Shown here piece after piece: positions 1 to 9,248 of a stretch of DNA of 44,920 nucleotides (position 1 is its first letter; every line of letters starts with the position of its first letter). This DNA is from Hyphomicrobiales bacterium. Its GTDB lineage: Bacteria > Pseudomonadota > Alphaproteobacteria > Rhizobiales > Beijerinckiaceae. The stretch lies in NCBI GenBank assembly GCA_025358745.1, contig JANYIH010000229.1, positions 1 through 44,920 on the forward strand. The letters are read 5' to 3'. The position numbers and the translations under genes are program-made. The notes under the pieces are model-generated. The model made no database searches and had not been told where the DNA came from. It saw nothing but the letters and a program-made list of their open reading frames with translations.

Positions 1-136
1 TGTTGATGGCGTAGCCGAACAGGACGAGTTGCACGACGGGAATGGCGAGCATCATGGCGAAGGTGACGCGGTCGCGCCGCATCTGTACGAATTCCTTGGC
101 GAGAATGGCGCCGAGCCGGAGCAGAAAGCCGCCCAT
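1..136 (-). CDS. ABC-2 type transporter permease, YbhR/YbhS-like (5' part only; runs off window)
   Basis: Reads MGGFLLRLGAILAKEFVQMRRDRVTFAMMLAIPVVQLVLFGYAIN from ATG at 136, which overlaps the stop of the upstream ATPase (TGATG). The KEFxQxxRD and QLxLFGYAI motifs are typical of these permeases. Confidence 0.85.
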   Translation of the reverse strand, partial: MGGFLLRLGAILAKEFVQMRRDRVTFAMMLAIPVVQLVLFGYAIN

Positions 137-1062
137 CACGCCGCCTTGGGCGAGCCATCGCCCGCCTTCGACATGAAATGGATGAACACGTCCTCCAGGC
201 TGGTGACGCCGGGCTCGCTGACAAGTCCATGCGCGGCGGCGTAAGCGTTCACGGAAGCAGCGAGCCGGGCGCGATCCGTGCCGACCACATGCAGCGTCGC
301 GCCGAACGGGGCGACTTGCGCTACGCCGTCGAGCCGGGAAACTTCGGCCATCAGCGCCGCGTCGGGATGGCCGCGCAGCACGAAAGTCGAGAGGTGGGAG
401 GCTTGCACGACCTCGTCCACCGTTCCGGTCGCCAGCATCCGGCCGTCGGAGATGTAGCTGATGCGGTGGCAGCGCTCGGCCTCGTCCATGTAATGGGTCG
501 AGACCAGCACGGTGACGCCGGCGCCGGCGAGGCGGTGGATTTCGTCCCAGAACTCGCGCCGCGCCTTGGGATCGACGCCGGCGGTGGGCTCGTCGAGCAG
601 CAGCAGCCGGGGTCGATGCATGATGCAGGCGGCGAGCGCGAGCCGCTGTTTCCAGCCGCCCGACAGCGCGCCGGCGAGTTGATGGCGTCGCGCAGTCAGG
701 CCGAGGTCGGCGAGCGTCGCCTCGACCGTCTTGCGCCGGTCAGGCAGTTCGTACAGCCGCGCGACGAAGGTGAGGTTTTCCTCTATCGTCAGATCCTCGT
801 AGAACGAGAACCTTTGCGTCATGTAGCCGACTTCGCGCTTGATTCTGCGCGCTTGTTTGATCACGTCGAAGCCGAGCACGGTTCCCTGGCCGGCGTCGGG
901 CGTCAGCAGGCCGCAGATCATGCGAATAGTCGTGGTCTTGCCGGAGCCGTTTGGGCCGAGGAAACCGACGATCTCGCCCTCGGCGACGCGCAGCGCGACG
1001 TCGTCGACGACTTTGCGCGGGCCGTAGCGCTTGGTCAGACCGGTGACGTCGACCGCGTTCAT
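136..1062 (-). CDS. ABC transporter ATP-binding protein (multidrug/YbhF-like, single NBD)
   Basis: Walker A GPNGSGKTT, signature LSGGWKQR, Walker B LLLLDEPT and H-loop STHY. Start trimmed to MNAVDV at 1062 (ATGA overlap with the HlyD gene). Confidence 0.92.
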   Translation of the reverse strand: MNAVDVTGLTKRYGPRKVVDDVALRVAEGEIVGFLGPNGSGKTTTIRMICGLLTPDAGQGTVLGFDVIKQARRIKREVGYMTQRFSFYEDLTIEENLTFVARLYELPDRRKTVEATLADLGLTARRHQLAGALSGGWKQRLALAACIMHRPRLLLLDEPTAGVDPKARREFWDEIHRLAGAGVTVLVSTHYMDEAERCHRISYISDGRMLATGTVDEVVQASHLSTFVLRGHPDAALMAEVSRLDGVAQVAPFGATLHVVGTDRARLAASVNAYAAAHGLVSEPGVTSLEDVFIHFMSKAGDGSPKAA

Positions 1063-2015
1063 GAGCGCGGGCTCGGAAACGTCACATCGACGATCTGGCC
1101 GGGCTGAAGGCCGAGCGGCCGGTTGGGCGATGGGCGCGCCTCGATCAGATAGACCAGCGTTTGCCGGCTTTGCAGCGAATAGATCACCGGCGGGGTGAAT
1201 TCCGGCTCGCGCGCGATATAGGTGACATCGGCGGAGAGCCCCGGGGGGCAGCCGTCGCAACGCACTTGAACCGGTTCGCCGATGGAGAGACCCGCGAGCC
1301 GCGCCTCCGGCACATAGATTTTCAGCTTGATGGCGCCGTCCGGCAGGAACGAGACCACCGGCGATTGCGGGCCGGCGACGTCGCCGACGCGACGAACGAT
1401 ATCGGAGACGAGCCCCGCGCTGGGCGCGACCAATGTGCGCTGGCCGAGCCGCCATTGCGCGGCGTCCCGCGCGGCGCGGGCCTGCGCGACTTTGGCTTCC
1501 GAAGACGCGATCTCGTCGGATCGGGCGGGAAGTTTGGCCACCGCGAGATTGGCGGTGAGTTCGCGCGCGCGGGCGCTCGCGACATCCAGCGCGGTCTTGG
1601 CGGCGTCGTATTCGGCCTGCGAGGTGTAGCCGCGATCGAGCAGGCTCTGCCGGCGCTGGAGGGTGCGACCGGCGTCCGCGGCGGTCGCCTGCGCCGCCCT
1701 CAGCGACGCATCGAGCGCATCGATCTCCTCGGGCCGGCGGCCCTTTTGCAGGTTGGCGAGATCGGATTGCGCCTGCGCCAGCGCGGCTTCCGCGTTGCGC
1801 AGCGCAATCTCCGCATCGGCGGATTCGAGCCGGGCGATGGCGTCGCCGGGTTTCAGCGCATCGCCGCGACGCACGAATTCGGCGTTGATGCGAGCGACGT
1901 CGATCGGCGCCACGGCGACATATTCGCCCTCGACATAGCCGACGATCGCCTCGTCGGGCGGCGCGCAGAAGGGCAGGGCGGCGGCCCACGCGAATTTGCA
2001 GAGGTAAGCGATCAT
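1059..2015 (-). CDS. HlyD-family efflux periplasmic adaptor (YbhG-like)
   Basis: N-terminal GYVEGE, long Ala-rich coiled coil and C-terminal EPEFTPPVIYS...LVYLIEA motif. Lies in an operon with ABC genes. Confidence 0.9.
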   Translation of the reverse strand: MIAYLCKFAWAAALPFCAPPDEAIVGYVEGEYVAVAPIDVARINAEFVRRGDALKPGDAIARLESADAEIALRNAEAALAQAQSDLANLQKGRRPEEIDALDASLRAAQATAADAGRTLQRRQSLLDRGYTSQAEYDAAKTALDVASARARELTANLAVAKLPARSDEIASSEAKVAQARAARDAAQWRLGQRTLVAPSAGLVSDIVRRVGDVAGPQSPVVSFLPDGAIKLKIYVPEARLAGLSIGEPVQVRCDGCPPGLSADVTYIAREPEFTPPVIYSLQSRQTLVYLIEARPSPNRPLGLQPGQIVDVTFPSPRS

Positions 2016-2668
2016 GCGCGTCTCCCCGCGGCGTCCAGCGCCGCCTCCAGATTGGCGAGGACGATGGCTTCGATCGCGGCGGCCTGATTTGGGCCGATTT
2101 CGCTCCAGCCCATCCGAAGCAGGACGGGTGCGCGGGCGATGCGGAAATAGACGATCTGCGCGATGAGGGCGAACACCGACAGGCGCGTGGCTTCGCTCTC
2201 GGGCTCCTCTCCGGTCGCCAACGCCCAGAGGCGGCAGACGCGGGCGTGCAGCGGCGCGAAGCCGGTCTCGAACACGCGCGCGAAGGCGGGCGAGGGATCG
2301 GAGATTTCGCGCAACAGGAAGCGGGCGAGCGGCCGCGCCGCTTCGTCGGCGACGATGCCGCGCACGCCCGCCCGCGCCAGCGCTTTCAGCGCGGCGCGGG
2401 CTTGGCTGGCGGTTTCGACGCGTGGGGCGGCAGCGGTGCCGAATATCCCGCTCAAGACCGCGGCGACGTGGTCGGCGCAGGCCGCGCGCAGGCCCTCCTT
2501 GCCGCCGAAATGATAGGCGATCATGGCGATGTTGGCGCGCGCCGCGGCGGCGATCTGGCGCGTCGAAGCGGCCTCGAAGCCTTTGTCGCCAAAGACTTGC
2601 AGCGCGGCGGCGAGCAGAGCGGCGCGGGTGGCGTCGCCGCGTGGCAGGGGGGCGGAGGATGGCTTCAT
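2012..2668 (-). CDS. TetR-family regulator, CecR/YbiH-like
   Basis: TetR HTH (ASTRQIAAAARANIAMIAYHFGGKEGL) with a C-terminal QIVYFRIAR domain. First gene of a TetR-HlyD-ABC operon, as for cecR-ybhGFSR. Confidence 0.88.
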   Translation of the reverse strand: MKPSSAPLPRGDATRAALLAAALQVFGDKGFEAASTRQIAAAARANIAMIAYHFGGKEGLRAACADHVAAVLSGIFGTAAAPRVETASQARAALKALARAGVRGIVADEAARPLARFLLREISDPSPAFARVFETGFAPLHARVCRLWALATGEEPESEATRLSVFALIAQIVYFRIARAPVLLRMGWSEIGPNQAAAIEAIVLANLEAALDAAGRRA

Positions 2669-2697
2669 GGCGAAAACCCTATGCGGTCGCTATATGA

Positions 2698-2715
2698 TAA
2701 TCAATCGATTGATTA
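2698..2715. promoter_or_regulatory. Perfect 18-bp palindrome, probable TetR (CecR-like) operator
   Basis: TAATCAATCGATTGATTA is its own reverse complement and lies 30 bp upstream of the TetR start. Confidence 0.75.
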
Positions 2716-2716
2716 A

Positions 2717-2730
2717 TTGACCTGGCTCAA
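2717..2730. promoter_or_regulatory. FixK/Fnr-type box
   Basis: TTGA-CCTGGC-TCAA (extended AATTGA...TCAATT). A minus-strand TATAGC at 2694-2689 gives class II geometry (about -41.5) toward the TetR operon. Confidence 0.55.
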
Positions 2731-2849
2731 TTTGGACGTGGCTGCGCCTGCGGTTTCTTGCGTCCGGAGCCATTTGCGCAATGGGTGAGCCCGGAGCCTT
2801 CCCCGTGAAGTTGCGGGGCGCCTTCCACTCCTCTAAAGATGGCGGCCAA

Positions 2850-4043
2850 ATGGCGCGAGGCGCCAGGGAGGCGAACGCGTTGGGCGCGTCTGCGCGACAG
2901 TTTTTCGACGACGATCCGTTGGTCGTGGCGAGCACGCGCGCGCCGGACGCCAGGCAGGCCGCGGCGGAACTGCGGCGCGAACTCCCCTTGTTCGACTACG
3001 CCGTCGTGATCGTGTTCTTTTCCCCCCATTACGACGCGAGCGAATTCGCCGCCGCGTTGGCCCGGGAATTCGGCGACGCGCCGGTTTATGGTTGCAGCAC
3101 GGCGGGGGAAATCGGCCCGGACGGCATCTCCGAGGGCGGCGCGCTGGCGATCGGCTTTCGTGCGCGCGACTTCGCCGTGGTCGCCAAGCCTATCCTCGAC
3201 ATCGGCGCGTCGACGTTGGAAGCCTTGCGCGGCGACCTCAGCGGCGCGCGCTCCGAACTGGAGGCGGTCGCGGCGGGTCGCAACTGCTTTGCGCTGCTGC
3301 TGGTCGACGGGCTGTGCCTGCACGAGGAGACGCTGGCTTCGACCATAGGCGCCTGCCTGCACGACATTCAGGTGGTCGGCGGCTCGGCTGGCGATGGCAT
3401 GAACTTTGGCGTCACCTCGGTGATCTGCGGCGGCAAGGCGAGCACGAACTCGGCCGTGCTGATGTTATTCTCCACCAATCTGGCGGTGCGGCCGTTCAAG
3501 TGCAACAGTTTCGAGCCGACGACAACCAAACTGGTCGTCACCGACGCCGACATCGACCGGCGTATCGTGCGCGAACTGAACGCGGAGCCGGCGGCGAAGG
3601 AATATGCGCGCACCATCGGCGTGCCGGAGAGCGAACTCAACGCCTATGTGTTCGCCGCCCATCCCGTGATCGTGCGGGTCGGCGGCGATTTCTACGCCCG
3701 CTCGATCCAGCGCGCCAATCCCGACGGGTCGCTGACGTTCTTTTGCGCCATCGACGAGGGGCTGGTGCTGACGGCCGCGGGCCGGCTCGACACTTTAGGG
3801 GTGGTCGAGCAGATGTTTGCCGACACCGAGCGCGAACTGGGCGAAGTTTCCGCCTATATCGGCTTCGACTGCCTGCATCGTCGGCTTGACGCAGAGCAAC
3901 GCCAGATCATCCGGGATCTGGAGGATCTTTACCGGCGCCATCGCGTCGTCGGGTTCAACACTTACGGCGAGCAATTCGAATCGATGCACCTCAATCAGAC
4001 GTTCTCGGGCGTCGCTATCGGCAAGAGGCCGGCGGCGCGATGA
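2850..4043 (+). CDS. FIST-domain sensor protein (NosP-like)
   Basis: FIST motifs GCSTAGEI, LLVDGL, GGSAGD, FFCAIDEG, FDCLHRR and GFNTYGEQ...HLNQT. ATGA-coupled to a hybrid kinase. Start uncertain (2781 or 2850). Confidence 0.9.
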   Translation: MARGAREANALGASARQFFDDDPLVVASTRAPDARQAAAELRRELPLFDYAVVIVFFSPHYDASEFAAALAREFGDAPVYGCSTAGEIGPDGISEGGALAIGFRARDFAVVAKPILDIGASTLEALRGDLSGARSELEAVAAGRNCFALLLVDGLCLHEETLASTIGACLHDIQVVGGSAGDGMNFGVTSVICGGKASTNSAVLMLFSTNLAVRPFKCNSFEPTTTKLVVTDADIDRRIVRELNAEPAAKEYARTIGVPESELNAYVFAAHPVIVRVGGDFYARSIQRANPDGSLTFFCAIDEGLVLTAAGRLDTLGVVEQMFADTERELGEVSAYIGFDCLHRRLDAEQRQIIRDLEDLYRRHRVVGFNTYGEQFESMHLNQTFSGVAIGKRPAAR

Positions 4044-5380
4044 GCGACGCGGACGCCGAGGTCGCCCGGTTCGCGGCTGAAAACGCCAAGCTGAAGAAGA
4101 TCAACGCCGCACTGATGTCGCGCGTCGAGCGGGCGATGGACCAGCCCAACAATGCGTTCGGCCTGTTCGAGGTCGCAATCACGCTCGACAAGACGGTCAG
4201 GCGGCGCACGGCGGAATTGCAGGCGGCGCTGCGCTCGGTCGAGGGCGCCAACGAGGCGCTGACGAGGGCCAAGCAGGCGGCGGAGAAAGCCAACGCCTTC
4301 AAATCGACGTTCCTGGCCTTCGTCAGCCACGATCTGTTGCAGCCGCTCAACGCCGCGCGGCTCAATCTGTCGACGCTCAACGAGGCCGCGCCCAACGACG
4401 AAGTGCGCCGGTTCTCGCATCAGATCGACCTGGCGCTGACAAGCCTGGAAGACCTGATCCGCACGCTGCTCGACATGTCCAAACTCGATGCCGGGGCGAT
4501 GCGGCCGGACATCGCGTCCGTGCCGCTGGAGCAGGTGCTGTCGCCGCTACGGCTCGAATTCGCCCCGCTCGCCGCCGCGCGCGGGCTCAAGCTGACGGTG
4601 CGGCCGAGCCGGGCATACGTGCGCACCGACGCGATGCTGCTGCGGCGCGTGTTGCAGAATCTGATCACCAACGCGCTGCGCTACACCCGGCGCGGCGGCG
4701 TGCTGCTGGGGGCGCGGGCGCGCGGCGATCAAATTCGCATCCAGGTCAGCGACACCGGGCCGGGCATTCCCCCCGAGCGCCGCGAGGCGATCTTCGAGGA
4801 GTTCCAGCGCGAGGGCGGGCCGGGCGACGGCGGGTTCGGACTCGGGCTGTCAATCGTGCGCCGGCTTTCGCAGGCGCTGGAGCATCGGGTCGAACTCACG
4901 TCCCGCGTCGGCTTTGGCTCGACCTTCTCGCTGCTGCTGCCGGCGGCGAGCGCCGCGGAGGCGGCGGAGCCGCCGCAAGCCGTGGATTTCGCGCCGCGGT
5001 TCGGCGGCGTGCATGGGGCCGAGATCCTCGTGATCGAGAACGAGCCGAGCGTGGCGAGCGCGATGCAGGCGCTGCTGGAGCGTTGGGGTTGCCGCGTCCG
5101 CGTCGCCCGCTCGCCGGGAGAGGCGCGCGACGCCCTGCGGCGCGGCGGGGCCAGCCCCGATCTCGTCATCGCCGATTATCACCTGGACGACGGCGCGCGC
5201 GGTATCGACGCGATTGAAGTGGTGCAGCAGGAGATTGAAATGACGATTCCGGCCTGCATAATCACCGCCGATCATTCGGAAGCGGTGACGGAGGCGGCCG
5301 CCGCGCGCGGGCTGGAGATCTTGCGCAAGCCGGTCAAGCCGGCGGAATTGCGCTCGCTGATCGCCTATCTCCTGGCCTGA
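4040..5380 (+). CDS. Cytoplasmic hybrid sensor histidine kinase/receiver (NahK/ErcS family, no PAS domains)
   Basis: H-box FLAFVSHDLLQPLNAA, N-box QNLITNALRYT, G1 DTGPGI, G2 GFGLGL and C-terminal receiver (LVIADYHLD...KP). No TM segments. Confidence 0.92.
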   Translation: MSDADAEVARFAAENAKLKKINAALMSRVERAMDQPNNAFGLFEVAITLDKTVRRRTAELQAALRSVEGANEALTRAKQAAEKANAFKSTFLAFVSHDLLQPLNAARLNLSTLNEAAPNDEVRRFSHQIDLALTSLEDLIRTLLDMSKLDAGAMRPDIASVPLEQVLSPLRLEFAPLAAARGLKLTVRPSRAYVRTDAMLLRRVLQNLITNALRYTRRGGVLLGARARGDQIRIQVSDTGPGIPPERREAIFEEFQREGGPGDGGFGLGLSIVRRLSQALEHRVELTSRVGFGSTFSLLLPAASAAEAAEPPQAVDFAPRFGGVHGAEILVIENEPSVASAMQALLERWGCRVRVARSPGEARDALRRGGASPDLVIADYHLDDGARGIDAIEVVQQEIEMTIPACIITADHSEAVTEAAAARGLEILRKPVKPAELRSLIAYLLA

Positions 5381-6048
5381 GAGGCGTCGTCGGCGCCGCG
5401 GCGCACTGCCGCGAAATCGACCTTCGACACTTCGATCACGGCGCGCGTGCGGGTGAACACTTCGAGCTTGCGCAATATCTCCGAGACATGCGCCTTCACC
5501 GTGGTCTCGGCGAGTTTCAGTTCGTAGGCGATCTGCTTGTTCTGCAGGCCCGATTTGATCATTTCGAGCACCAGCAATTGCTGCGGCGTCAGCGTGCGCA
5601 TCTTCTTCAGCACATGGCCCTGCGCGGTTTCCGGCGCCCTTTCGGCAAGCTTGGCGCGCATCTGCGGCGGCACGTAGATCGAGCCGTTGAGCGCCTCGCC
5701 GATGGCGTCGGCAAGCTCCTGGCGCGAAGTGGATTTCGGAATGTAGCCGGCGACGCCGAGCGACATCGCTTCGGCGACCAGTTCCAGCTCCTCGTGGCCG
5801 GAGACGACGACAACGGGAAGTTTGGGATGGGCCGAGCGAAAACGGATCAGGCCCGAAAAGCCGGTCGTGCCCGGCAGCGACAGATCGAGCAAAGCGAGAT
5901 CGAGATCGCGATGCGCGGCGGCGACGTCGATCGCGCCCTCGATCGAGGTCGCCTCGAACACCTCCGCATCGGCGTGCGCCATCCTGACCGCGCTTTGCAG
6001 CGCTTCGCGGAACAGGGGGTGATCGTCGACGATGAGGAAGCGGATCAT
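5365..6048 (-). CDS. NarL/LuxR-family response regulator (ErbR/AgmR/FlhR-like)
   Basis: Receiver LIVDDHPLFREAL...LLDLSLP and HTH LTPQQ...NKQIAYELKLAETTVKAHVSEILRKL. Confidence 0.92.
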   Translation of the reverse strand: MIRFLIVDDHPLFREALQSAVRMAHADAEVFEATSIEGAIDVAAAHRDLDLALLDLSLPGTTGFSGLIRFRSAHPKLPVVVVSGHEELELVAEAMSLGVAGYIPKSTSRQELADAIGEALNGSIYVPPQMRAKLAERAPETAQGHVLKKMRTLTPQQLLVLEMIKSGLQNKQIAYELKLAETTVKAHVSEILRKLEVFTRTRAVIEVSKVDFAAVRRGADDASQARR

Positions 6049-6070
6049 CTCGGCTCGCCGGGCAATAGGA

Positions 6071-6097
6071 AGTCGCCGGGCGCGGCGCCCGGCGACT
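6071..6097 (-). terminator. GC-rich hairpin after the PQQ dehydrogenase (terminator or mRNA stabiliser)
   Basis: AGTCGCCGGGCGC-G-GCGCCCGGCGACT inverted repeat, with only a weak U tract on the minus strand. Confidence 0.55.
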
Positions 6098-6114
6098 GGG
6101 ATGTTAGCGCGCGC

Positions 6115-7881
6115 TCAGTTGGCGGCGGTCTTCTGCGGCAGGCGGAACACCCAGTAGGAGCCGCCCTGGTTGATGTCCTTCACCTGCTTGGCGACATCGC
6201 CGCCCCACAGGGGCACCGCGCCGCCCCAGCCGGCCGCGACTCCGATCATCTCCTGGCCGTCCTGCTCCCAGGCGATCGGCGGCGCGACGATGCCGGTGCC
6301 GACGTTGAACTTCCACAACACCTCGCCGGTCTTGTCGTCGAACACCATCAGGTAGCCCTCGGGCGTCCCGGTGATGACGAGACCGCCAGCGGTCGTCAGC
6401 ACGCCGCCCCACAGCGGCGCGACGTTCTTGTATTCCCACTTGATCGAGCCATCGGCGGGATCGATCGCCTTCAATGAGCCGATATGGTCGTCGAAGATGG
6501 TGTGGATGGTGAAGCCGGCGCCGAGATAGGCCGCGCCTTTCTTGTAGGCGACCGGCTCGTTGTGGATGTCCATGCCCCATTCGTTGGAGGGGACATAGAA
6601 CAGGCCGGTGTTCTGCGAATAGGCCATCGGCATCTGATTCTTGCCGCCCAGGAACGAGGGCACCGAGAACACTTGGCTGCCTTCCTTGCCGTCGGCGCCT
6701 TTGGTCGGGTCGCCGGGGCGGTTGTCGTCGTTATAGACCGGGCGGCCGTCCTTGCCGATCTCCTTGGCCCAGGAGATCTTGGCGACGAACGGGGTCGCGT
6801 GCAGGAATTTGCCGTCGGTGCGGTCGAGCACGTAGAAGAAGCCGTTGCGGTCGGCGGTGGCGCCGAGCTTCTTGCCGTCCTTCGTATTGAAGGAGATGAA
6901 CTCGTTGACGCCGTCATAGTCCCAGCCGTCGTGCGGGGTGGTCTGGTAGCCCCACTTGATGTCGCCGGTCTCCGGGTCGATGGCGAGGCGCGACGACGTC
7001 CACTTGTTGTCGCCCGCGCGCATCCATGAATTCCACGGACCCGGGTTGCCGGTGCCGAAGAAGGCGAGCTTGGTCTCGGGATCGTAGGTGCCGCCGAGCC
7101 AGGGCGCGCCGCCGCCGAACTTGTACATGTCGCCCGGCCAGCTCTCGTTGGCCTTGCCGGTCATGGTGGTGTCCTTGCCGTTCATCGAGCCCATCAGGCC
7201 TTCGAGCACGGGGCGGGTCCAGACGAGATCGCCGGTCGAGGCCTTGCGCGCCTCGACGCGGCCGACGACGCCGAATTCGCCGCCGGAGACGCCGGTGAGA
7301 ATCAGCGCGCCATGCGCCGTGGTCGGCACGATCAGCGGCGCGGCGGTCATCGAATAGCCGCCCTTGAAGTCCTCGATCTCCTTCTTCCAGGCGAGCTTGC
7401 CGGTCTTGGCGTGCAACGCGACGAGCTGCGCGTCGAGCGTGCCGAAATAGACGAGATCGCCGTACAGCGCGGCGCCGCGATTGACGACGTCGCAGCAGGG
7501 CAGGATTCCCTCGGGCAGACGCGCGTCATATTCCCACTTCTTATCGCCGGTCTTGGCGTCGATGGCGTAGAGCCGGCTGTAGGAGCCCGTGACGTAGATC
7601 ACGCCGTCATGGACCAGCGCTTGGGCTTCCTGGCCGCGCTGCTTTTCGCCGCCGAACGAGAACGACCAGGCGGGGACCAGGCTCTTGACGTTGGTCTTGT
7701 CGACCTGCTTGAGGGGGCTGAAGCGCTGGCCTTGCGTGCCCAGGCCGTTGGTGACGATCGACTTCGTGTTGGTCGCGTCGTTCAATAGCATTTCGTCGGT
7801 GACAGGCTCGGCGCGGGCGCCCAGCGTCGCGGCGGCGAGCGCCAACGCGGAGACGAAACCCAGTTTCAACCTAAATTTCAT
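6115..7881 (-). CDS. exaF: PQQ-dependent alcohol (ethanol-type) dehydrogenase, predicted lanthanide-dependent (ExaF/PedH type)
   Basis: Sec signal [24 protein letters not shown], ExaA-type [16 protein letters not shown], vicinal cysteines PCCDVVNRG, metal-ligand Glu in SGGEFG, and active site [13 protein letters not shown] with the extra Asp. Start at 7881 has a GAGGA RBS. Confidence 0.93.
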   Translation of the reverse strand: MKFRLKLGFVSALALAAATLGARAEPVTDEMLLNDATNTKSIVTNGLGTQGQRFSPLKQVDKTNVKSLVPAWSFSFGGEKQRGQEAQALVHDGVIYVTGSYSRLYAIDAKTGDKKWEYDARLPEGILPCCDVVNRGAALYGDLVYFGTLDAQLVALHAKTGKLAWKKEIEDFKGGYSMTAAPLIVPTTAHGALILTGVSGGEFGVVGRVEARKASTGDLVWTRPVLEGLMGSMNGKDTTMTGKANESWPGDMYKFGGGAPWLGGTYDPETKLAFFGTGNPGPWNSWMRAGDNKWTSSRLAIDPETGDIKWGYQTTPHDGWDYDGVNEFISFNTKDGKKLGATADRNGFFYVLDRTDGKFLHATPFVAKISWAKEIGKDGRPVYNDDNRPGDPTKGADGKEGSQVFSVPSFLGGKNQMPMAYSQNTGLFYVPSNEWGMDIHNEPVAYKKGAAYLGAGFTIHTIFDDHIGSLKAIDPADGSIKWEYKNVAPLWGGVLTTAGGLVITGTPEGYLMVFDDKTGEVLWKFNVGTGIVAPPIAWEQDGQEMIGVAAGWGGAVPLWGGDVAKQVKDINQGGSYWVFRLPQKTAAN

Positions 7882-7992
7882 AACGTCCTCCCTGTCGGGC
7901 GCCTTTTGGCGCCCTTCGACCCCAAGCGCCTCCTCGCGCTTCGTGCCGTTTCCAGCGCGCCGGACCATCCGTCGCGCAAATCTCCTTTTCGA

Positions 7993-8829
7993 TCAGCGCG
8001 CCGCTTCCGGCTTGCGCCAATCCACGCCATAGGCTGCGAATATCTTCTCCAGCCTGCCGGAGCTTTCGAGTTCGCCGAGCTTGACCGCGATTTCCTGGCC
8101 GAGATCGCGCGAATCGCTCCTCACCGCGACGCCCAGCGTCCATTCGCTCGCCAGCCGCAATTCGGGATGGACGACCGCGAACGGGCGCTTGCCGGCGCGG
8201 GCGAAGGACTGGCCGGCCGATTGTTCGCCATAGAAGGCGTCGACGTCGCCATGCTCGAAATGAACGGCGGCCTGTTCCAGCGAGCGCTCGTGCACGATAT
8301 GCGGGATAAAGGCGTGATTTTGCGCAGAGGCGAGCACCCAATCGGCCAGAGTGCCGACGGCGACCGCGATTTTTTCGGATTTCAAAAGCGAGAGATCGCG
8401 CCCCGCCTCCGCTTTGGCCGGATCGACATACATGGCGACGCCGTCGACGTGGTAGGGAGCGAACAGCGCGATGCGTTCGTTTTCCTTGGCGATGCGGGGG
8501 TCGTAGGGGATGTGCAGCATCACGTCGCCGGGCGCGGCGCCGAACACGGTGCCCTTCCAGACGCCGTTGCGCAGATCGTCGTTGACGTCGCCGTCGGCGC
8601 GAAGTTCAAACAGGTCGAGCCGGACATTGAGCGCGTCGGCCAGCGCCTGCGCGATTTCGACGTCGACGCCCTTCGACTTGCCGTTCTCGTCATAGGAATA
8701 GGGCTTGTAGTCGAGATAGACGGCGACGCGCAGCGCCCCGCTTTTCCGCACCGCCTCAAGCGGTCTGGCCTGCGCGCACGCGGCGGCTGCGCACAGAGCG
8801 CAGATGAGGGGAAGGGCGCGCAATCTCAA
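7993..8829 (-). CDS. Periplasmic substrate-binding protein (SBP family 3; ExaJ/PedG/XoxJ-like accessory protein)
   Basis: Signal peptide followed by GALRVAVYLDYKPYSY...GVDVEIAQALADAL and DDLRNGVWKG. Lies between cytochrome c550 and the PQQ-ADH. TTG start assumed, overlapping the upstream stop. Confidence 0.8.
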   Translation of the reverse strand: MRLRALPLICALCAAAACAQARPLEAVRKSGALRVAVYLDYKPYSYDENGKSKGVDVEIAQALADALNVRLDLFELRADGDVNDDLRNGVWKGTVFGAAPGDVMLHIPYDPRIAKENERIALFAPYHVDGVAMYVDPAKAEAGRDLSLLKSEKIAVAVGTLADWVLASAQNHAFIPHIVHERSLEQAAVHFEHGDVDAFYGEQSAGQSFARAGKRPFAVVHPELRLASEWTLGVAVRSDSRDLGQEIAVKLGELESSGRLEKIFAAYGVDWRKPEAAR

Positions 8830-9248
8830 CTGCCGTCGTAGCGTGAATCGAGGTAGGTGCGGATCGCCCACATCGCTTCCTGGCTGAGGATTCCCTCGAA
8901 CGCCGGCATTTTGGTCATGCCGTTCTGGGTGTAGCCGTGGCGGATGCGGTTGATGAACCATTCGTCGCCGGCCTCGGCCTGGTCGAGATAGCGCAGGTCC
9001 GGCGCCAACCCGCCGGAAACCGCCTGCAGGCCGTGGCAGCGCGCGCAGTTCTGGTTGAAGCCCGAGGCGCCGATTTTCAGCGCAAGGGCGTTGCCGCGAT
9101 AGGGATTGGCCTTGCGCCAATCGGCGCCGACCGGGTCGAGGCCGGCGGTGTCGACCGGCTGGGGCGCGACGTCGCCATGGGCCAGCGCGTGTCCCGCGCA
9201 CCAGACCGCCGCGAGAGCGATGATGATCGTGAAAGATTTCGCCCGCAT
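8826..9248 (-). CDS. pedF: Cytochrome c550 partner of PQQ-ADH (PedF/ExaB type)
   Basis: Signal peptide, AHGDVAPQPVDT, NPYRG, heme motif CARCH, APDLRYL and MPAFEGILSQEAMWAIR. Confidence 0.9.
   Translation of the reverse strand: MRAKSFTIIIALAAVWCAGHALAHGDVAPQPVDTAGLDPVGADWRKANPYRGNALALKIGASGFNQNCARCHGLQAVSGGLAPDLRYLDQAEAGDEWFINRIRHGYTQNGMTKMPAFEGILSQEAMWAIRTYLDSRYDGS

Noticed and set aside
136-1989. 617-aa ABC ATPase with an Arg-rich N-terminal half
   Set aside because: The extension is an alternative frame of the HlyD gene. The true start is the coupled ATG at 1062.
6115-7881. Calling the PQQ enzyme a methanol dehydrogenase (XoxF/MxaF) and inferring methylotrophy
   Set aside because: Sequence motifs and the c550 partner are ExaA/PedH-type, and no mxaI or C1-pathway genes are in the window.
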